A stretch of 64,000 nucleotides of DNA, from contig CM120643.1 in assembly GCA_051362555.1 (NCBI GenBank), forward strand, positions 3,906,001 through 3,970,000, written 5' to 3'. Below the pieces are notes generated by a model. The model had not been told where the DNA came from, did not search any database, and worked only from the letters and a program-made list of their open reading frames with translations. The position numbers and the translations under genes were made by a program. Positions 58,406-64,000 of this stretch are shown here, piece after piece; the stretch's first letter is position 1; each line of letters begins with the position of its first letter. The DNA comes from Lingula anatina (Eukaryota; Animalia; Brachiopoda).

Positions 58406-61237
58406 TCATACTGGTGATCAAGTACAGCTGTCGAACAATGAATACGCCGTATGTCCCCGGGATTATTTAAATGAGTAAATTAAAATTAGGCGTCATTAAT
58501 GAGTAAATACAGTGTATAGGCATGTGCAAAAAACAGATATCTTTTACAGTTTAGGGTGCCCGTGTTTAAATTAAAAAGTCTCGGTCCTGCATTTCTATAC
58601 AAGCAGGCATTTTTTAGTCATGTTAAAAATAAGTCCAAGCTACGCTTGCGGTTGGAGATTGTCAGCAGGAGGACTGTTCAGTTTAGATGTTTAGAAGATT
58701 GAGAGCAAAGGAAAGAGTTTGAAATCCCCAAAAAATGCAAGTCTGCTCTGCGCCAGTATAGCTATGTAGTCTCACCTTGTTTTGAGGGACACATTTTACT
58801 TTGTATTGTAGACTCCAAAGGCTATCCTTCAGTTACATGTACACATCAACTCTATGGCATGGAGTGTGTTCACCCGGATTGAAAGAAAAAGGGAATAGGG
58901 CACAGGATAATTACCCACAAAATAAACAAAATAAGAAATAAATACACGATAATAAATGAAGTTCGCAGTGAAATACATATGTTAAATCCCAGGTCAAAAT
59001 AGATAATAACTAGAAGTATTAAAAACTACTTTAAAGGTAATGTATTGGCCGTTTTAATACATACATTGATTTTCTGTGACAAATAAACCCAGTGTAGTTT
59101 CGGTGTCTACTCTATACCCGCATATTAGTACAACACATAATCTACGTTCACATTTAAAAATGTCCTCATGTCTACCTTTTTTATCATCAGCCTGTGATGC
59201 AAACAACGAAATTTAGAGAAAGCAGATGCGTATATTATGAATATTTCCAGCGTTATGATTTCGGTTTAGAAATGTTTTGAAACTTATCGATCTTGCACGA
59301 AGACAGTCCAGTCTGGCCTGCAAAGTTTTCCAAAAAATAAATGTTATTTCCAGCCCACACGTACTCAAAACCAAAATTTATTTATTTCTTTATGATAAGT
59401 ACCGTAGGCTGAGAAAAATGTTTGCCGGGGGGGGGGGGGGGGGAGTATAGAGCTTACTCCCCTCACCCACCCCGCCCTTACATTTTCAGCCACGTCAGTT
59501 CTTAGCGGAGAAGAGGATGATGGGCCCAGTTCATTTCTTTACGCCTTACATATTTATAAACAAGTTCTTGATACATGGCATCGAGGACCGTGACCCCAGT
59601 CAGTCCTAGGCCAACTTCAAGTGAGTAAATTTCTCGTTGCCCCCCCCCCCCCACCCCCCACCCCCACCTCCCTTCTCCTACTCAGCGATTCAGTGTTTGC
59701 ACTGATGTCATATTTGCCTGCAGCTTGACAGACGAGACACTTACTTGACATGGAACACCCCCTGACGTATTTTACTGATAAGGTTGGACCTAGAGAAGTA
59801 GTCAGGAACCCATTACGGAGAATGACTTCTCACTGTCCTTGTTCATCCCCTAGCTTCAGGTTAAACATACCATATCTCATAACATTGGTTTATAGTCATG
59901 TTATTCAATTGATGTTTTCATTCTTGCAAAATCAGTTGTTTGTGTGGACAGACATTTTGCTATTTTACAGAAAGAGCTTATATTGTTATCATGGTGACGA
60001 TGTGGTAAGTGTGCTTGTAAATGAAATTAGCTAGAGGATTACGTGGGCTTCATTGCGGCAGTTGCCCCTCTCCCAAAATATGGGCTTCATGAATTTTTGA
60101 AGACAATGCAAAAAACGATGACTTAGACCTTGGACCTAAATAGAGAAGGACAAGTAACGCGGCATCTTCCTTTGAAGCTATGTGCGTTCGGGTAAACATT
60201 CGCCTATTGTCTCACATTAGTCTCTTACCTACACTGGTCTATCGTTTCATTGTGTGAAAAGCTCCAGTGGCCAGACAATTTTCACGGTGCCATGAAGATA
60301 AACAGTTAAAAAATGTCCACAATAAATTCGGCAACCGTAGGATGCGCCAACATATAGATAATTGCGATGGTATTTATGCCAAAACATCAAAATGAATAGC
60401 CCTGCCGTTCCAATCGGCAATCCTCGACTGTCGAGTGCGGAGACATCCGAGTAGTTCCAAGTGCTGCCGTTCTACCCTTTACACCAATCAAAGCAACGGC
60501 AAGGGGTCACGTGATAACTTGACCTACATCTGATCGATGTAAACAATGAATTTCCATGCGAAGCTTGCACATTTAATAGACGATTCCCATGCGTTGTTTA
60601 AATAAAAAAAAATACGTCCTAGGATTTTAAAATCGATGTCAATATTGAGAGAAAGATTTAAATAGTTGGAGAATACGTGTATTTATATAATTGGCTAAAT
60701 GTTGACGTGAATTCACGGCAAGAAGGTATATGTAGTATAGCCCGTAGACTGCACTGTACCACTTCTACTACAATCGCACACAGGTCACACTATTACCCTA
60801 TATAGTGATCATATAATCACTTACATGTATGTTCAGTAATGTTACATTGAATTAAAGCGCATATAATCACTGAAAATTATTTGACTCAATATTTTACACT
60901 GATAAATAGTACAAACTAGGTATTCATGTGGGCTGTCTGTTTATGAAGCTGGCAAGTGCTCAAAAAATTATTTCAAAAATATGTAAGTGCTTCACTAGGT
61001 AGAATAATTGAGTTTTTTATGTTCAAGTTTATCTTTAAATTGCAGAGGTACAATTTTTAAAGAAGTTTGATTATTGCAATTAATTGCAGCATTGTCTAGT
61101 AACAACAGCATATTAAAAGAAATAACAGCTCACATTTAACAAGGCTTTTATGATATATATATAATATATTTTTTCCAACTTAATTATTTAAACTGTGAAA
61201 TTATAACTTTCTACATTTCTTGTGCATATCTGAAAAA

Positions 61238-61712
61238 GATTAATAAAATGCCATTCGAACAGGTACACTTAAAATTTTGCAAATGGATTTTAGGTCTAAG
61301 AAAGCAGGCTAGCAATACCATTTTTAGAGCTGAGCTTGGCAGTTACCCTATTATTTCAACTATAACTAAACCTGTCTAAAGATTAGTCTTAGACTGGAAC
61401 AACTACTAGTAGATAATAGAACTGTAAATCAGGTGCACAGTCTTGAGCAAGATACAAAGGGAAACACATGGACAGAATCTATCCGAAGATAACAACCCAC
61501 CAAAGAAATTATATCAAAAGAAAACCTTTTGGAAATATTGAACATAAAAATTGAAAAACACTTCTGGCAGGAATTAAATAGCTCAATCTCAAACAAATTA
61601 AGGACATACAAAACAATAAAAAAATATTATGAATGTGAAAATTACATCAAAATGAGTGTCTCCCCATTAAATATCAAAACACTTGCAAAAATTAGACTAA
61701 GTGACCACAACT
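61238..61712 (+). mobile_element. Decayed non-LTR retrotransposon ORF2 C-terminus (RTE-X/L2-like)
   Basis: FEQVHLKFCKWILGLRKQASNTIFRAELGSYP and NKLRTYKTIKKYYECENYI...LAKIRLSDHN. Confidence 0.8.
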
Positions 61713-63027
61713 TTTTTTTTACAAATAGTGCAGATAGCTGGCAGCACTGGTGACTTTGATATACCAAACCCTGAGACTGATCTCAATTTCTTGGGAGATG
61801 GACCTTGTATTTTGGGAAGAGTATAACTGGTTGATGGTTCTGTAAAAGAAGCAAAATAACATTTTACTTTTCATACCATATATATTAGTGCATTATAATG
61901 TGCAGATACTGACTACTACAGAAACAACTTTAACGTTGGATAAATATTCAAGTGGGTGTAACAAAGATATTTAAAAATAGTAATGTGCTCAAAATTCAGT
62001 TATAAAAACAGTTGCCCTGTATAAATAAAAAGACAACATAGAATACATATTTCAAATAAAAACATCTGGATACCTGGATACACAAATGATTTAGCAAATA
62101 CAGAGCAGACCGCAAAGCCTTGATTGTTGCAAGTGCAATTGTATATACAATCACTATGATTTAACTATAAAATAAATGAATAATAATGAAATAAGATAAG
62201 ACAGTCGCATGTGAGTTTATCACATGATTGACACCAAGTGATATTGACAACTATAATTACATATATCCTCATGATTCAAAGGGCATAGGGTAGGTATAGG
62301 ATTCAATGTATTAGTGGCTCAGCATGTTCCTTTTATGAGGAACTAAGCTGTAACAAACTATAGGCAAATGAGACCCACTGTTTAATATTTGTTGCAACTA
62401 AGACAAATTAATCAAGCTTAAAGATCTAATAATTAATAGGGAGCCCACTAGCATTCTGCTGCCCAGATTAATATCAGATGCCTTGAATAAAAGTGACTCT
62501 TCTCTTTAAACTGAACTATATCTACCAGTCACCCTACTCATTATCATTATTCCTTAATTGATACTGTTTGTCAACGTATTTCTTTATTGATACTATTTAT
62601 GTATACCTTTACTGATTCTATTCATAAGGGAAAGTTACAAGGATTATTCCTAACAGTCCTAATTAAATTAATCACATTGCAGCTTGTTCTGTGAAAAGCT
62701 ATCCTACTTTTTCTGGCTCACAAGATACAGTAAATATTCCCTAAAATACATTCTCATTGAAGTTGGGCTTAGCCTATACATATTTATATTCACTAATGGT
62801 TGCACATGTGCAGCAATGTATTGGGGGGGAGGAACACTCCACAAATAACATAAAAGATTCTACCATGATACTTAAGCCTCTGTCTCATAAAATCCCACCA
62901 TAACATTTGTTTGTATATCTTGTTGTGTGAAGCCTTACATTATTTTGTGTAAATGCAATGGTAATTATGATAAATATGGATGAACTAATAATGAGATGTT
63001 AATCATGGCAAGAACATACAGCTAGCT

Positions 63028-63229
63028 TAGGCTGTATTCCCAGAGCTTTTAGATTGATCTGTCCCCGCGGGGAGTCTAACTAGATTACTGTCAGATAATC
63101 CGGCTTAAATGTCCGTCCCGCCTACTACAAGCTGTAAGGGGGTATTTAACTTTCGTGTCCGCCCCACTGACAGCTGTTTAGCGTGAACCCCTAAAGTAGA
63201 TCTATCTAATCTCTGGAAATGGGGTCTTA
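63028..63229. mobile_element. Degenerate Harbinger-like MITE
   Basis: Imperfect inverted ends TAGGCTGTATTCCCAGAG..TTAGATTGATCT ... AGATCTATCTAATCTCTGGAAATGGGGTCTTA. Confidence 0.5.
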
Positions 63230-63353
63230 TTCAACAGAGAGGAGTTGTTTCATATCTTAAAACCTTTAAGTATTTACAAATAAAATAATAATAACACTAA
63301 TAAACTTTTTTATCATTTTCTTATTTTCTTTCTTTCATATCACTTTTATCAGT

Positions 63354-63522
63354 CACCCAGACAGCCTCAATAATCTGGCCCACGTCTGGCCCAGATCTGG
63401 CAACGTCTGGCAATATCTGGGCCAGATTTTGCCAGACACTTGCCAGATCTGGGCCAAGTCTGGCAAAGTCTGGCATTTACGCCACATTTTGCCAGATGCT
63501 GCCCAGACTTGGGCCAGATATG
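63354..63522. mobile_element. Terminus of an EnSpm/CACTA-like non-autonomous element with subterminal repeats
   Basis: CCCAGACAGC start followed by many direct and inverted GCCAGA/TCTGGC motifs of about 11 bp. Confidence 0.55.
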
Positions 63523-64000
63523 GTACTTTCATTTTCAATTTTTATTTTCTATTTATTTATTTTTTATTGACCAGTGAGCTGAATGCATTGAACTGACGTC
63601 ATTTGATAAATTTTGATTTAATTTATCTCTCTCTTTTTTCTTCAAAGTCCCCTCATAAGTGTGCTATTTGTTTAATTTGACTTGACATTTGAATGAATTC
63701 ACTGATCTAAAACTTTTTTGGACTACTCGTTCCGCTGTTGTAAGATTCCGCTTTTTATGCTAAGCCGGTCAAGGACCCGGATGTAGCGTTTCTTAGAGTT
63801 ATGGATATGAAAAAAGCACAAGCGTATCAAACTGATACAATTTCGTTGAGTGATTTGATTCGTGGTGCGATTTATTTCGAAGGCATCAACACTGGCGACG
63901 AGGATAAACACTAGTGCAAAACTGTGAGTCAAGTTTCTTTGAAAAAAATGGAGAAAAAATGTGAAATTACGGAATTCGAACCGTACAGAAGTCCGGAGAC

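Overview
AT-rich animal genomic DNA; the repeat families suggest a marine invertebrate, possibly a mollusc (inference). No intact host protein-coding gene is evident. Two full-length, apparently very young Ty3/Gypsy LTR retrotransposons dominate: (1) a 4.64-kb Mag-clade, Steamer-like element on + (17667-22306; identical 149-bp LTRs, CTACT TSD, tRNA-Leu PBS, single gag-pol ORF) nested in a Helentron-type non-autonomous element; (2) a 7.59-kb element on - (37516-45105; identical 456-bp LTRs, CTAA TSD, gag and pol in -1 frame with a G-GAU-UUU slippery site). Between about 25 and 45.7 kb is a dense mosaic of short decayed coding fragments from unrelated TE families (RTE-X-like LINE, Academ-like, hAT, DUF6729-type, Ulp1-like, Sola-like, plus C14orf93-like and OB-fold exons). 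All of them are on the minus strand, which makes this a candidate uni-strand piRNA-cluster-like TE trap. Several minisatellites appear to have been amplified out of exons, most clearly a dead LDL-receptor class A exon at 2468-2581. The remainder is MITEs, tRNA-like SINE heads, LINE relics, satellites and microsatellites. All family assignments come from motif recognition by eye, not database searches.
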